Assembly (NCBI RefSeq): GCF_036321535.1
Contig: NC_087436.1
Location: forward strand, 56,484,001-56,548,000
Length of the DNA stretch: 64,000 nucleotides
Direction of reading: 5' to 3'
Origin: Camelus dromedarius
Taxonomy: Eukaryota
Shown: in pieces, positions 50,376 to 64,000 of the stretch
Position numbering within the stretch: position 1 is the stretch's first letter
Layout: each line of letters begins with the position of its first letter
Notes under the pieces: generated by a model
The model's database searches: none
The model's input: only the letters and a program-made list of their open reading frames with translations
What the model was told of the DNA's origin: nothing
Position numbers and translations under genes: made by a program

Positions 50376-53300
50376 TACTACATAAACTGGGATATTCTTT
50401 GGAATGGAGAGTCTGGCTGTTTTAATTTTCTTGCAATAGGGAAAAGCCAAAATTTGGGAGTGGAAGGTATGCTGACTGCGAACATCACAGTGCCTCAGAT
50501 CACAGCAGTTCCTCAACATGATACAATATATGGAGGAAGTATTAGATATTTCTCTAGCTCCAAATCAGTTTTATTTTGTCCATAAAATGCAAACATACTC
50601 TCTTCATTACAGATAAGACCATTTTATCTGCATGGACATACTTACTCTCTTCTATGCCTGCAACTCTCAGGCAAAATTCTTAACACCTGCTTATATTTGG
50701 AGTTGCACTGTGAGACTAGAATTCAGTCCAGTAATGGTATGCAATAAAGTGACAGCAACAGTTAAATCTGATATCAGCTATAAGGTGACATTAAAACATG
50801 GTATCTGTTACATATAACTGCAGTTTGAAAATGAGATGTTTCAACCATGATTATTTATAGCTGAGGGCAAACTCTATTATCAGCATGAAAACGGCTTTAT
50901 TTAAGTTACTGCCATTGAGATGTGTTTATTTACTTCTTTAATAAGAAAGAATAGTTTAACCTTAGTAGCATGAAGCATAAATATTCAGAAGTTCTAAAGT
51001 TTGCTTAATATCTTGACCATGGTGTGATATATTCACAAAATTTCTTACATTTCCCAGTCATTTATGATCACTAATCAGATAATTTTTACAGATAGAAAAG
51101 ACCTTATGTATTTTTTACTTCTTCATCAAAGCAGTATAATATAGATCTTTTCCTCCATCTTAATAGACCACATAGCTCTAAAACCTCTAAGAATTCAAAC
51201 TTTTCATTGTATCTTCAAGCAATTGTGAAAATAAAATTATTCTGACTCCATTTAAATTCTTTCTTGCCACAAGATAAATATACATGCTAAAGCATACAAG
51301 ACTAAGAGGAAAATCCATTTATCAGCACCAGTGCTACACAAAACACAACCCTAGTCCTCCCACCTCTTCCTTCTGCTGAAGCAACAACAGGCAGGTAGAC
51401 CTCATACTAGACTCACTTTTCTGTCTTCTAGTCCTTCACCTGTGCCAGAGCACTCTGTAATCAGAGAACTCCTCTTACAGTAAATAGCCACTATACAAGG
51501 TAAGTGTGGAAACAGATTTTAAATCATTTGAAACGTTTTGGGCACAGCTGGCAGAACACCTGTTGGAAACAGATGAGTGATGTTTGAAACGCACAACAAC
51601 AGAAGCAAGGGACTGTTCACACAACTTTCACTGCACACTTTTCGGACAGTTTAAATTTACTAAAAGACTTTTATGAAAATGTAAAAACTAGAGTTAGAGT
51701 AGCATTTTATTTTTCTTCTTGGAAACAGAGCAACCCACTGAAAATAAGCTCCCCCCAAATGAACCGTTACCAAGTCAACAATCTCACAGATACGTGAAAA
51801 AATCCTATAAAATGCTGATTTTTCTTTCTTCTGTTTGTTTATGTTTCCCACACCACCTGCTTTCACCATAATTTTTAACTTTTTTAAATGTCTAAATATA
51901 TTTTACAGATAAAAATGGAAAATATTAAAGAAAATACTTCTTTTAACATTACTATTTTGAACTACTGAATATTTACTCAGAGTTAGTAATCAGCATTTTT
52001 GTTTTCTTTTATCACCTATAGGAGAGCCAGGGTGCACACTTCACAACTAAAATGTAGAAGGTACATAAAGACAGAATCTAATTGAATTTCAAAGGATTAT
52101 TCACCAAACCAAAAAAATTAAATTAAATTAAATATAGCTTCACCATTAAAGTTTCAACATTCAAATGAAGTACCTGACTTTCTACCTCTGAGAACTCATT
52201 TCTAATCAATCAATAAGCATTTACTGCATCCTTATATTGTACCTACTACCACGTACCTCAAAACTCAGATAACTTTTCTGCAGGGGGTGGGAAAAAACAG
52301 AAGCAGAGCAATCAGTTAAAAGTCTCTGCCAAAATTCAGTCCTTCGAGGATGAAAGCCTTGGAGAGGATTGTGAAAGTGAGAATCAACTTCAGGAGTGAA
52401 ATCTGGAGGCCAACAGAGAATGAAGTAACAGAGCTTGGTAACATATTCAGTTCAACGTCAAAGAGGAACGCCAGTGGCTCTAGTGCACAGCTAACGATAT
52501 GGTAAAGAAATGCTGAAGTAAGTAATGATCTAAGTTGACTAGCAATCCAGTAGCCTCATATCAAGTCAGCCTGTATGTATTGTACAACTCAGTAAACACT
52601 ATTTCTTCACATATTCAACAAATATGAGAAAGAAAAAAAAACTTTAAGATCTTAAAGCTCTGGCAATATTACAGAAATTTTTATCACCAGGAACTATGAC
52701 ATGTTGAAATTATCATACACAATATTGCAGAAGCCTGAATTTATAAGAAGTCAGATGGAAAAATTAACCAGACTCAGAGTATGTATCTTGAACAATTCTT
52801 GCTTTGTTATTTCATACATGTTTTGATTTTTACATCATCATCATAATAACCCCCAAATGCATTAGTATTGTTGGCTTAGTTCCTAGACAAAAAAAGGGGG
52901 GGGGCTGTATTAGATTAATTTGTAACAGTATCTGATTCAAAACAAACAATTCAAGTTAAAGCACTGACCACACTGACTAGCCAGAATGCTGTTGAAATTC
53001 ACCAGGTACTTTCACGACTATTGGATTCCTTCAAACACAGCAAAAGTATCCTAAAAAGGTTTTGGCTTTAAAATGTGTCAAATCAAAAACAAGACATTTT
53101 CCTAGGTAGTATCTGGAAAGAGTTACATTAAATTACAAAAATCAGAAAATATAACCACTAACCCTAAGAACTGGAAAAGAACAAATGGGATTTGTTGCTG
53201 TGTATGTATTACCAAATTGCGTTAGTAATATGCCACTTCTACCTGACTGAAGAATCAAGAAATTAAGAGAAGATAAAGCTATGGCTTGGTATCAAATGTT

Positions 53301-54109
53301 AGTTATTAGTCTGCTTTGGACCCGACTTTAACAAAGTTTATGAATTTTACAAACTTGACAAAGTTGAGAAACTCATACTACACTGGTCTAGGAAAATTTC
53401 CAAATGTGCAAGAACAGCGGGCACCCAGAGGTCACTTTCAAATTGTAGTTTTTAAGTTTTCATAACAGCCAGATAACATCACAGACCACCATACTGTCAA
53501 GAACTATTACTTTTAGGTTGAAGAGTTTAGTTATTACCCTGGTTTTAACTCACAGTGTTGGTTACTCCCTAATTATAAAATCTGTAAAATTATTTTAGAG
53601 CACAGGAGAAAAACTATGGGAAAAACTTAAACTGGTAGTTGTAGTTCTTTTTGGCTCACATACACAATTCTCAGTGTATCACTTTAAGTATCTGGTTCCA
53701 TCAGCAATTTCCTTAATCCTTTGCGGAAAGCTGGTGATTCCCAATTTAGGATGTCAGAGTCCTAAAAAATAATTATTTGTCAAATGGTAAAGGAGACACA
53801 GTGATTAAAAGTTTAGATTATGCAATCAGATTGTCCAGAGTCTGGGGAGAAGCCCTAAAACCTCTTTGCCCCAGTTTCCCTTCCATATAGAGTTGAGGTA
53901 GAAATAGGGTATTGTGAAAATTATAATGTACTTTTTTAAAGAGGGTTTACACTACATGGTAAGTGTGGCTATTATTTATTTGTTTGTCTTCTAGTGCCTA
54001 AGAATCCACAGCATCTTGAAGCTATTACCTCCCGACATTTGAAAAGCTGTCAATTCAACATATTCCAATACTAAATTCCAAGGACCCAATAAGAACTTCT
54101 AAAAATCTA

Positions 54110-54325
54110 AGTGATTCTGGACCAAGATGGAGTGCAAGTACTTCTTCCTGTTTCTCCCACTAGACTACCACAGCTGAAAAATCTGGACCTCATCTATAAA
54201 ACGCACATCAGAAGACTGTGAAAAGTGCAGAAGTGACGACCATGTAGGGACCCCAGGACCCAAGCGGAACAACATGGCTTTGAGCTCCCTAAATTCTTTC
54301 TGCCTTACCTGTCCTAGACGGAGGC
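54110..54325 (+). mobile_element. Old L1M 5'-end fragment
   Basis: ttctggaccaagatggagt...cttcctg...atctggac...tataaaac...cagaagactgtgaaa resembles L1M 5'UTR starts. Confidence 0.55.
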
Positions 54326-55329
54326 AGCATTCTCTTCAATGTACTCAAGGAATTAATATGCAAGTGAGAAATGTATCCATACATATTGTCACTGAAGATT
54401 TCAGCCTTTGTAGCCTTACTCAGTTACCTGCTCAATTTGTGAAACTTCTGCACATTCCCATTGGTTTTCTCATTTTTGACCCCCCAGAAAGATGGTTTCT
54501 CTTCCATCAGTCAGTCATGCCCAACTCAATTTAAACCATGTCTCACTGTTCACCTGTAAACGAATGAATTTGGCTTGTTTTTGTTCTTTATCTCTGAGTT
54601 TCATTTTCTCCGTGAGGGTGAACAGAGTTCTAGCTATAACATCCGAGAGCCCAGTAAATACTATCTCCAACTACTGTTTAGAACCCAAAGAGCAGTCTTA
54701 CCTCACTGTCATCCTAAGATTATTCTAATTGTCAGTCATTCCATTTTCTACTTGGGCATCTGCATTTAGGACATATTCTGTCCAGAGTCCGATTTACATG
54801 GATGGACCTCTTTCTAACCCAAACCCAGCATCCACCTCAACATTCATTCATTGTTCTAATTTCTATTTGATTTTTGGTCCTTTATAAAATAAAAATATTA
54901 AACATCTGCCTTTAGAGTAAAGCTATATAAGCTATCTAAGATTTAATAAAAAATAAGCTAAGCAAAACATACATACGGTAAGGACTCATCAATACAATAA
55001 CCACAACTCTACTCATGCCTCAGACCACATTTCAACCTCACCTCCCTCACTATTGCTCAGAACTTTTATCTAGTCCAAGAAGCTTATCTCATGATTTAAA
55101 CTTGATCTTTGCCCTTCCCCCAAAGCACCATGTGTATTGTGTATGCGTATATATTAAACTTTTAAAATGTAAATAATTCACTTGCATATTATGCTTTCTG
55201 TTCCCTAATTATTTCATGTGTTTAACTCTTGTCCACCAAGTAAGATCACAGCCTTACTGAAAACAGGAACTAAAACATATCCTTTTAATTTTTCTTCCAA
55301 TATATACAGCATGGTGCTAAAACACAGCA

Positions 55330-56080
55330 GGTTATCAGTTTATTCCTCCAATGCATGACAACTCAGTCACTAGTAGTTAATGTGTTGAGGGCTGGGGATA
55401 GAGCAGAAAACAGAAGGCAGTCTGTCCATAAAGGTTTTGTTAACAGAGCACTGTGAGAGAGCCATGAAAACATTTATACTGAGAATCAAATTAGAGATGC
55501 AGTCAAGGCATTATGGGAAGACAGAAAAACAGTACCTCACTCTGCCAGGTGAAGTATCACAGAGAAAGAAATATCTCTTTTAAATAGGATTATGAAGGAT
55601 AAGTAAAAATTTTCCACGCAAACAAGAGGAGGTAGGAATGACATCCAAGAAAGAGGAAACATCAAGTGCAAAGGAACAGAACCATGAATGAATGAGCAAG
55701 CACATGAACTGAGGAAGCACAGACAATTCACAGGCTAGAAGTGTAGGTACAGAAAGGGTAGCGACAAGTAACAAGGATAGAATGGCAGGTCAGAATTTGA
55801 CCAAGTTGAAGGACCCTATATGCTGCAGGACATAATCCCATAGGCATTAGGGGTCATGGGAGAGAGAGTGGTAGGATCAGATGTCCCTTCTGCTGATGCA
55901 ATGGTAGACAGCTTGGAAAGGGGAAGAGAAGACAGATGTTAGGAAGCTATTTTAGAGTATAGCTGAGAAATACTGAGGATCTGAGATAATGGATGCGGGG
56001 AATGGAATCCTGATAATTGAAAGTATAGGTGTGGGTGAAAACAAACTGAGAAGAGAGGCTAGCCAAGGAGAGACTCAGTG
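55330..56080 (-). mobile_element. L2 fragment
   Basis: ggctggggatagagcagaaaacag...ggatcagatgt...gttaggaagctatt. Confidence 0.55.
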
Positions 56081-59000
56081 CAACATCAACACTTAACATG
56101 AATCTTTGCTGAAAGTCGAATCCATTCTTACTTTGTGAATAAATTAAGTATTTTTTTCTACCTTTAAAATTGCAGTTCTCAGTGTATAAACAAGAAGAAA
56201 CAGGTCAAGATTAACATTTTAAAGCCTAAACTGGAAACCATGTTTATCTATCTACTGATCTTGGAATGTCTTTCAAACGCTAAATGTTGAGAGATAACAG
56301 AATTCCATCTCCCCTGCCCACCCTCAACCTGTCAAAGTGAAGGGACTGCAAACATACCTGTTCATCAGGTTTTCTTTTGAAAATGGGTACAAATAAAATT
56401 CACTGAAGGCAGTAAATAAAGTCTGCCATCACTGTGGCCTCTACACCACTTGACATCTTGCCTTCACTAGAACTCCCCTTCACACCCCAGCCCAGATTTC
56501 AAATTACTGCTTTAACACCTTAGCTAACCTTTATGTGACCCGGTTGGACAGAAATGAATTGCGTCTATACAACCCGACATGCAAAAATCATTGAATGGTT
56601 TTTCCCTTAAAATCAATGTTTTTATTAACCATGATGTGTATATCATGGTCAATCTGAGTTGCTTTAGATACCAACCAGATAAATAGGCTGCTGGTAAGTG
56701 TAGCATAGAATGTTCTTGATGTTTTATGCACAGTACATCCACTTCAGACACATTCACTCTCTTGACCGCTCGGAAGCCTGTAAAATAAATAATTGCAAGA
56801 AAAAAAATTCAGTGTGAGGCTCATATTACATTTTAACAACAGAACGCACACAAAGCCTAAATCATTCACTCCACTACTAGAAGCAACATAACTTCAGAAA
56901 GGTAAAGCATTTTCCCCTCAAATCCTATGCCAATATCTATTTATTCTGTTCATGCTAATATCCACCAAACATCTTACTGTATCCATGCACTACGCATGTA
57001 CTGAGAAGTATATGACATCTTGCCTGGTCTTTCAGGTAAAGTGACTGCCAATAACTGAAAAAGAACAGCATCTCCCCAAAGGCTACCATCTCATCGTTTA
57101 ATTTCCAGCTCTCATAATGCCTCCCAGAAAGCTGTCCCCTAAATACTTTGGCTGCAATAGCATCTCCCTGATGTTTCACTGGGTACATAACAAGCAGCCT
57201 TGTCGACTTCCATTACTACTCTTAGGGTTTACTTTGTATAGGACTCTTGCTACTGGACTGTGAGCCTCAGCAGAGCCGGGAACCACCAGTCTTGTTCACC
57301 ACTTCATCAGCCGGGTCTAGCAGAATGCCTGCCATGTGCTAAACAGACATTTGGTGGCCTAATAAATGCTGCCAAACCCACTAACTATCAAAATATTAAA
57401 ACCCTGCTCTAAATAAATTCCTAACAGAAAAGGGTTTATTTGGTACCTCTATGAGTTCACAAGACCCAGATATGCATAACCCCTACACTGACAGGCTAAT
57501 ACCGATTTCAGCTTTTATTCAGTGCCATGAGAATTCAGTGGCAGTCAAATGTTAACTGTTCTTAAAGTATATTTAAACCGTCTCTAAAATGAAGAAGGGA
57601 GAAAAGGAATACAAAAGAAAATTAATCTTCTGACTGATAGAAGCATAAATAGCAGTCAGGAATTCATAGCAAAAACACTTTTTAAAATGTCATTCAAGCT
57701 TCAAGCTCCTATTTTTTTCTAAGGATGACTGTGGTTGTCATGTGAGCGTATTACGCTGGAATAGATAACACAGAAACTGTGGTAGGTAGTCTATATAATT
57801 GGTCTCTACTGGAGGTCAGTAGCATATTGGGATCAAATAATGGGAGGGTGTTGTTTAGCACTCCTATAAAATGTAAAAGAAGAAAACAAACAAAAAGGCA
57901 CACTGAATCTTGCAGTATCTTACTTCTAACACATGTGATGAGATAAAGTTCCATTTTCAAAATCTATTTTCTGAAAGAACCCAGTACTAACTTATGTCGA
58001 TGTATAAAGCACACAAAAGCTGCATTTTCTCTACTCTGGATCCCTGACTCTCAGCTCTATATGTACATGCAGCCCATTGTACGCAATTCCCAGGTCAGAG
58101 GTGCAGTAGACAAATTAATTAGTCTATTAAGTCTCAGCCATATCCTGGCACTGATGTTTAGGTTAGCACCTTCAGCAACAAGTTTCTCATGCTTAACTGT
58201 GCTGCCATTTGTTCCTGAGAGAAATTAGGAACGAAGGGGAAAAAGAAAACATGGCTGGGAAAAGTTCCCACTGACCTAAAGGCAGAAACACGCACGTGAG
58301 TCAGGGGTAGACTGATGTATTTACAAAAGGGAGAAAAACTCCAGTTGATTAGTTCTTGCTATTTTAAGTGATTAGGAGAAAAATAAATGGCTTCATATCT
58401 AAGTGAAATTTAAATAGCATTTAACACTCTACAAAATCAACCTAAAAAAAGATGATAATTTGCCATGACTTAGCACTGAAGAGAAACCAATGATTTCATG
58501 TGACGACTCTCCGAAGCATTTCATGGGAAGATTAAGTACTTGACTAAATATTTGTGGATGCTACAAATGACTGAAATGAACCAAATCACATATTTGAAGA
58601 AGCAGACATGAGACACAAACACACAGAGGGGGAGAAAGAGAGGAGGGGAGGAAGAGCGAGAACTATCAGTTATCTTTCACCTTATATCCATTAGCTACTG
58701 CAAGGTGTAGCTAAAAGAACTACATACCAGACATAGTTCGAAATTCAACAGTAAAATAAAAATCTGTTGGCTATCATACAGCACAACAGAATGAATACCT
58801 TTGCACTGTGCAGGAATTGTCTTTTCTCTTAATTTTTCCTTCTCTTTTATTCAGTGGGGTCATGGTACAGTGAAGTTGATTTTACAGCATCAAGGACCTA
58901 GATGTGTGTAAGATATTAGGCTTTAAAAGCAGTTTTATGCATAAGAATTGGGTGTTCAGATTTGTCTGAGAACAGTAATGAGAAATGAGTAACTCAGTTT

Positions 59001-59269
59001 ACAATGACACCATCTGTCATAACAAGTATCTGTTATACACTGGGCAACCACACTATGTAAGAACCTTGATACACCTACACTAAAGTGATGCTAAGGTCTA
59101 GGCCATTTAAAACCCAACCAGTATGCTGGGCTGCTGAGAAGGTAAGTCACTATGTCTTTCATTTTCTCCTGAATATCTTATTGTTTGGGCTCCATAAAAG
59201 CTTGGGCTCATATAATTCTCCCCAAACAGTGTCATTAAGTTGAGGATTATTAAAACATAGTTTCATTTC

Positions 59270-59750
59270 TTGGACTTTTTCTTCAGGAAATAATCAGAAA
59301 TACTGAAATAGAAAAGAATTCGAGATAAAAAGATAGCAATTTAATATTAAAAAGCTGAAACAATGTAAGTGCCCAGCAATAAGAAGATATTTAAATAAGT
59401 TGTGATATAGTGAAATATCAAGAAGTTATTGAATGTCATGATTTCAAGGAAAATTTAATGGGACAGAAAAATCCCTAGGTTATGGCAGGCACACAATGAA
59501 TTGTTAAATAATGGAAATAAAAATGCAGTTTATAAAACCTATACAAAAACTATATGTATAGCTAGATTCCAATTTTAATATATACATGCACACTACATAA
59601 AAGTATTGTTTTCTTCTTTTGTATATAATATGCACAGTCCTACAACAAAAGAAAAAAGATACATCAACGTGTTCAGAGAGGTTATCTTAGGGTAGTAGAA
59701 CTAAATACAATTCTAATTATGAACATATATTACTTTTATAATTAGAAACA
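59270..59750 (+). mobile_element. Old L1ME-like 3'UTR fragment
   Basis: aaaagctgaaacaatgtaagtgcccagcaataga...aaataagttgtgatatag...gaggttatcttagggtagtag. Confidence 0.5.
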
Positions 59751-61131
59751 CAGCTACAGTAGCTACCACAATCGCTTCAGCCAAGTGAAGTTGTGGCTAT
59801 TCAAGGTAATGTTCCTTATGTAAGTCATCAGTGGAACAAAGGATCTGTCATACCCTTCTGAGTGGTGTTCTCCTCAACCACTTCCTAAGACCCCAACTCC
59901 AACCAGGTCCACAAAGCTTGATAATCTCTAATACTATCTCTGGTGTGATTAATACTAATCAGGTATGATTAATCCCTTCTTAAACTGTTTGCTCTTAATA
60001 TGTGTATCAACGAAATATCTTAGTTGTGAGACGTGCTGCAGAAACTCACAATATTTCTTTATCTATGGGCTTGGAATTTCTTCTCTGCAGCCAAAAATGG
60101 GTGTGTGTTTATTTATTTGACAAATTCATCTATTTATGATAAACTACCCTAAACCTGCCTCACATATGGCAATGGATATTTTTACAAGCTCTGCTGAAAA
60201 GAATCCCATTCTTCAAATTGACAGTTAGTTTCCCCCAAAAAATGTCATTTTGAAAGTGAGTCTTTAAGTAGCACTTTGAATCAACACTGCCAACTTTTTA
60301 AAGTGTTTAAAAAGATGCAGTTACTCCCTAGATTCTTAAGATACAAAATTTTTATGGACAAAGTCCATTCCAATCTATCTCTTATAGACACATTTTTATA
60401 CCATCATCTATGTTGCCTCTAAGCCTCTCCTTGTGTAGTTCTCTTTCCATCATTATGAAGTTAAAGCAAACAGCCCTCCTTTGTGCTCTATTTGTGTGGT
60501 TACTATGGTAGTGACCTGGATTTTGCACCTAGGCTAACCCTATTTGGGGCAGGGGAGAGAAGTAAGGGACAAAAAGAATGGAAGAATAAGTTTGGGCAAT
60601 GGTCAGCCCCGTTAAACATTTACTTTTCTTTTGGAACTGCTTTTGGCCAAAATCTATAAAACTCTGACCTGACCCTTAAGCTTCTTGGCATAAAGTATTT
60701 AGCCTTATGATGTGAACACCATGAAACTGGCAAGATCAGCAACCCTTTCCCTTGGTCTCAAGAAGCATTAAAATTCTGTTTCTCACCATCCCCAAAATTT
60801 CCACCTCAAGATCCCTCTAAACCTAGTCAGGCCCCGGTTCACAGGTTCTAAAGACCAGACAATGGAAATACCACATGGTGACTGAAAGTCTCTGATGGAA
60901 AACAGATGAGACAGGACACACTGCTCGCCTAGCTCTTCTCAGCGTACAGCTCTCCCTCACTGTCTCTCGGGATGCTACTGCAGATGACACACAGAAAGAG
61001 CAGTTAGTGAAGGAAATGTTGTACATTTTCCATTTTCATGGATTTTCTCAACTGTCACCAAGGTGATTTCCTCGAATACTTGCAACGATTTAACCAATCA
61101 ATGGCTTGAGGTATTTTTGAAGTCTGCTCCC

Positions 61132-61174
61132 CCCCGCTTAAAGAATATCTTTCCCCACTTAAAGAATATCTTTC
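61132..61174. repeat. Tandem duplication, 2 x 21 bp
   Basis: cccc(g/a)cttaaagaatatcttt repeated with a period of 21. Confidence 0.85.
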
Positions 61175-62109
61175 ACAAAGAAAGGCCAATAGATAGCAGA
61201 TAAAAGCAAGTGATGTAACAGAAGCGTGGAAGATGCAGGAAGGGCTACAGAACTTCACCCACAGCCTGCCCCCGTGCTCCTCACCTTCCACACAGGGCTC
61301 CTTAGATGTCCCTAGAACCCGAGTCCTGAAGGACATGATCTGGAAACCAACTAAACAGACCCTGCCCTTGCAATCACAGGGTTAACATTCACAGTGTAGC
61401 CTACTCCAAGCAATACACAAGTCCATGACCCACATCATTTAAAACTTTAAAAGTCAGAAGGGGTCATTAATTTTTTCAACAATATTTTATTCCATTATTA
61501 TGAGGAAAATCATGTCATGATGGCATTTTTAAATCTGGGGAATCATAAAAGTAACACACTCAAACCCCACTATATTTCTTGTAATTAGAGAGTTAACTCT
61601 AAAGCATAAAGTCACTGAAATCTTATTAGATAACAGAAATTATTGTAGTAGTTTCAGAAAGGAAAAGAAAAATAAGCTACGATCCTCACGCCTCCTAGCT
61701 AACCAAGCAAGATGTCTAGGAGCTTAACACATCCTGCCTCACTTTTGTTGAGTCCTCATAAAACTGACAAAACAAAAGACTCAGTAAAGTTTTAAAGAGT
61801 CAATAAAGAACGTTTTGTAAAGTACTCTGAATACCCTAAGTGTTACTATAAGACCTCACTTCAAAGAAACATGGTTGAACGCCATGAAAATTTGTTTAAT
61901 TCTATCATATATCCTCAAGAGACAGTCCCTTGAGTCATTCTCATTTAATCACTTCCTACTTGAAAACATGACTTTTAATAGCTTACACCACACTATATTG
62001 TAATTGATTGTTGATGGCTTTTTAAAATTATCTGTACTTGTAAAACTTCTCACTAGGCGATGAGGTACTTGAGAGTAGAAAGCAGGTTTTATTGATCTTA
62101 GTTTGGTTA

Positions 62110-63330
62110 CTCATTAATCCATTCAACATTCTTACTGTATATCTACTAGACATATGCTAAACACTTATTCAGTAAGTATATAAGGAAAAAAGCCACAGTC
62201 CTTATCTATCAATACTAAAAGAAAGTTTAACAAAGAATAAGAAAACAAATGGTTGCAATACATTGTCTTAAACACTGTGTACCACGGGAACGCAAGGAAG
62301 AGACAGAGGGCTCACCTGGAACAGCAGGGAACAGGGCAGATCTGAGCTATGGTGTAACAGGTTCAGCACAGAACACACAATGAAATATGAGATCCGAAGG
62401 TTTAAGCAGTACCATATATTCGAGAGTCTCATATGCCATGCTGAAGACTTTGTACTTCATTCTCAGGAACCACTAGGGTAAGTTTCAGAAAAGTCACTGT
62501 GACTATAAAGTACACTAGAATGGAAGGAGCAAGACTGGCTGCAGGGAGACCAGTAAAGAGACAGTTATGGTGATTCGGGTGAGAAGTGATGGAGTCCTAA
62601 ACTAAGGCTGTAACTCTGTATTCAAAATAAAGAACAGTAGACATATTTAACAAGTATTAAGGAAACAGAACAGGCAGGATTTAAAAACTGAGTTGAGGAA
62701 ACAGAGCAGTCAAGATTTCACAGACAATTCCTCAGTTTCTGGTTTTGGCAACAGGGAGGATAATGGTGATGTTTACTACTACAGAAAACACAGAAAGAGA
62801 AGCAAATCTGGTCAGGGCATGTGTTTACTTGATGCAAACATTCAAGGAAATCACTTTGTTGATAACTGAGAAACCCCATTCCAAGTGGGGATCTGCAGAA
62901 ATCATGCAAGAGAGTCTGGTGTGTGTGGAAGAGACTCATTCTAGGGACATGAATATGAGAGCCATCAGCATTAATACTGGCACATGAAGTCATGGAAGTG
63001 TAGAAAGTGAACCACGAGAGACGGACAGCCAGGAAGACAGCCTCAGCATGCACTCCTGGAAGCAAGAACTGGGGAAGCAGAAGAGGTGGAGAAACCTGCA
63101 AAGGGAACAGAAGCAGCAGCACAGGTGCTCAGAAGTGAATCAGGAGAGTGCACAGTACAGAGTTTTGAGAAGGTAACACCTAAGTGTCAAATGATCCTGA
63201 GATACAGCAAAAAGACTAAAACGAGGCCAATAGATTTTGCAACAAAAGAGGTCATTCATGACCTTTGCAAAGACAGTTTCCACAGTGAGATAACAGAGTG
63301 ATTCAAAAGTTACTGAAGAGTAAATATGAT
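62110..63330 (-). mobile_element. L2 fragment (about 1.2 kb)
   Basis: cattcaacattcttactg...gggagaccagtaaagagac...gagaagtgatggagtcctaaactaagg...gagagccatcagcatt...tagattttgcaacaaaagaggtcattcatgacctt. Confidence 0.7.
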
Positions 63331-63756
63331 GTGAAAACAGAAAATTGCATAGTTTCTGGAACTTATTAAATGTTCCAACTGATCCTAATTCACACTTTCC
63401 CACTGCATGTCACCCTGCTCAAAATTTTAAAATATGCCACAATCGCCCAAGCAATTCCAAACAAATGTTTAACGATGGTTTTGACTACAACTGAAACCTC
63501 AGTGGGAAGTCAGAGAAGTGCTCTAGGACACTCACTGATTATTTGGGAATCTCTTAAACCATCACCTTAGCCAAGTTTCATGTTCCTCAGTTGAAGGAAG
63601 CTGGAATTGTTAGGAGGCACTGGCTTTGGTTGATTTTAAGTATGTGTGTTATAAAAACTATTCAGTGAGTTGTGTCATAAATCATTTTTGTTTTTTTAAA
63701 TGAGTCTTAAGGGAATAAAAAAAAAATCACTTTACACCTAAAACATTTGGAAAATA

Positions 63757-64000
63757 CAGGCATATCTCATTTTACTGCACTTTGCTTTATTGTGATTCAC
63801 AGATGCTATTTTTTAATGAAGGCAATCTGGTGTTGAGTAACCCTATCAGAGCCATTTTTCCAGCAGCATTTGCTCACTTCATGTCTCTTTGTCACAGGTT
63901 GGTAATTCTTGCAATATTTCAAACTCTTTCATTTTATTATTAAATTTTTAGAGTGATCTGTGATGAGTGATCTTTGATTTACTATTATAATTGTTTTGGG
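63757..64000 (+). mobile_element. Tigger1 (TcMar) left end, continuing beyond window
   Basis: TA|CAGGCATATCTCATTTTACTGCACTTTGCTTTATTG...GCCATTTTTCCAGCAGCATTTGCTCACTTCATGTCTCT...GTGATCTTTGA...TAATTGTTTTGGG, with a TA target site at 63755-63756. Confidence 0.9.

Larger units (their letters stand above)
1..64000 (-). other. BMPR1B: Intronic/5'UTR portion of BMPR1B (BMP receptor type 1B); no coding exon in window
   Basis: Inferred from the 95-nt exon at 5598-5692. There are no long or codon-like ORFs, the sequence is repeat-rich, and most L1s lie on the + strand, antisense to a minus-strand gene. Extent across the whole window is assumed from the known very long BMPR1B 5' introns. Confidence 0.75.

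Noticed and set aside
5598..56777. SGMS1 as host gene (another gene with a multi-exon 5'UTR)
   Set aside because: Considered first, but exon sizes did not fit my recollection, and the 95-nt exon sequence matches BMPR1B instead.
62718..63403. ORFs up to 134 aa
   Set aside because: Within a decayed L2.

Overview
AT-rich mammalian (eutherian) genomic DNA with no credible protein-coding exon. The repeat content points to a camelid (camel or alpaca): a tRNA-Ala-derived SINE (GGATATAGCTCAGTGGTAGAACGCGTGCTTAGCATGCAC...) and young L1 3' tails ending GGGACATTGTGCTGTACA.CAGAAATTGACACATTGTAA.TGACTGTA. A 95-nt minus-strand exon at 5598-5692 has canonical splice sites and matches, from memory, the non-coding 5'UTR exon of BMPR1B that precedes the first coding exon. 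The window therefore most likely lies within the long 5'UTR introns of BMPR1B (minus strand). Most of the rest is interspersed repeats: L1, L2, MIR, MLT1 MaLR, MER5, MER58, Tigger1 and one SINE. I found no convincing new biological system. The best leads are (i) a possible TATA/Inr alternative promoter, a uORF and an alternative exon around the 95-nt exon; (ii) several candidate cassette exons and one microexon; (iii) retrotransposon structures, namely a full LTR-int-LTR MLT1 carrying nested L1s, a triple-nested inverted L1, and a SINE with an apparent 3' transduction; and (iv) a perfect 69-bp tandem duplication. Repeat family names and the gene call come from recalled consensus sequences, not from database searches.
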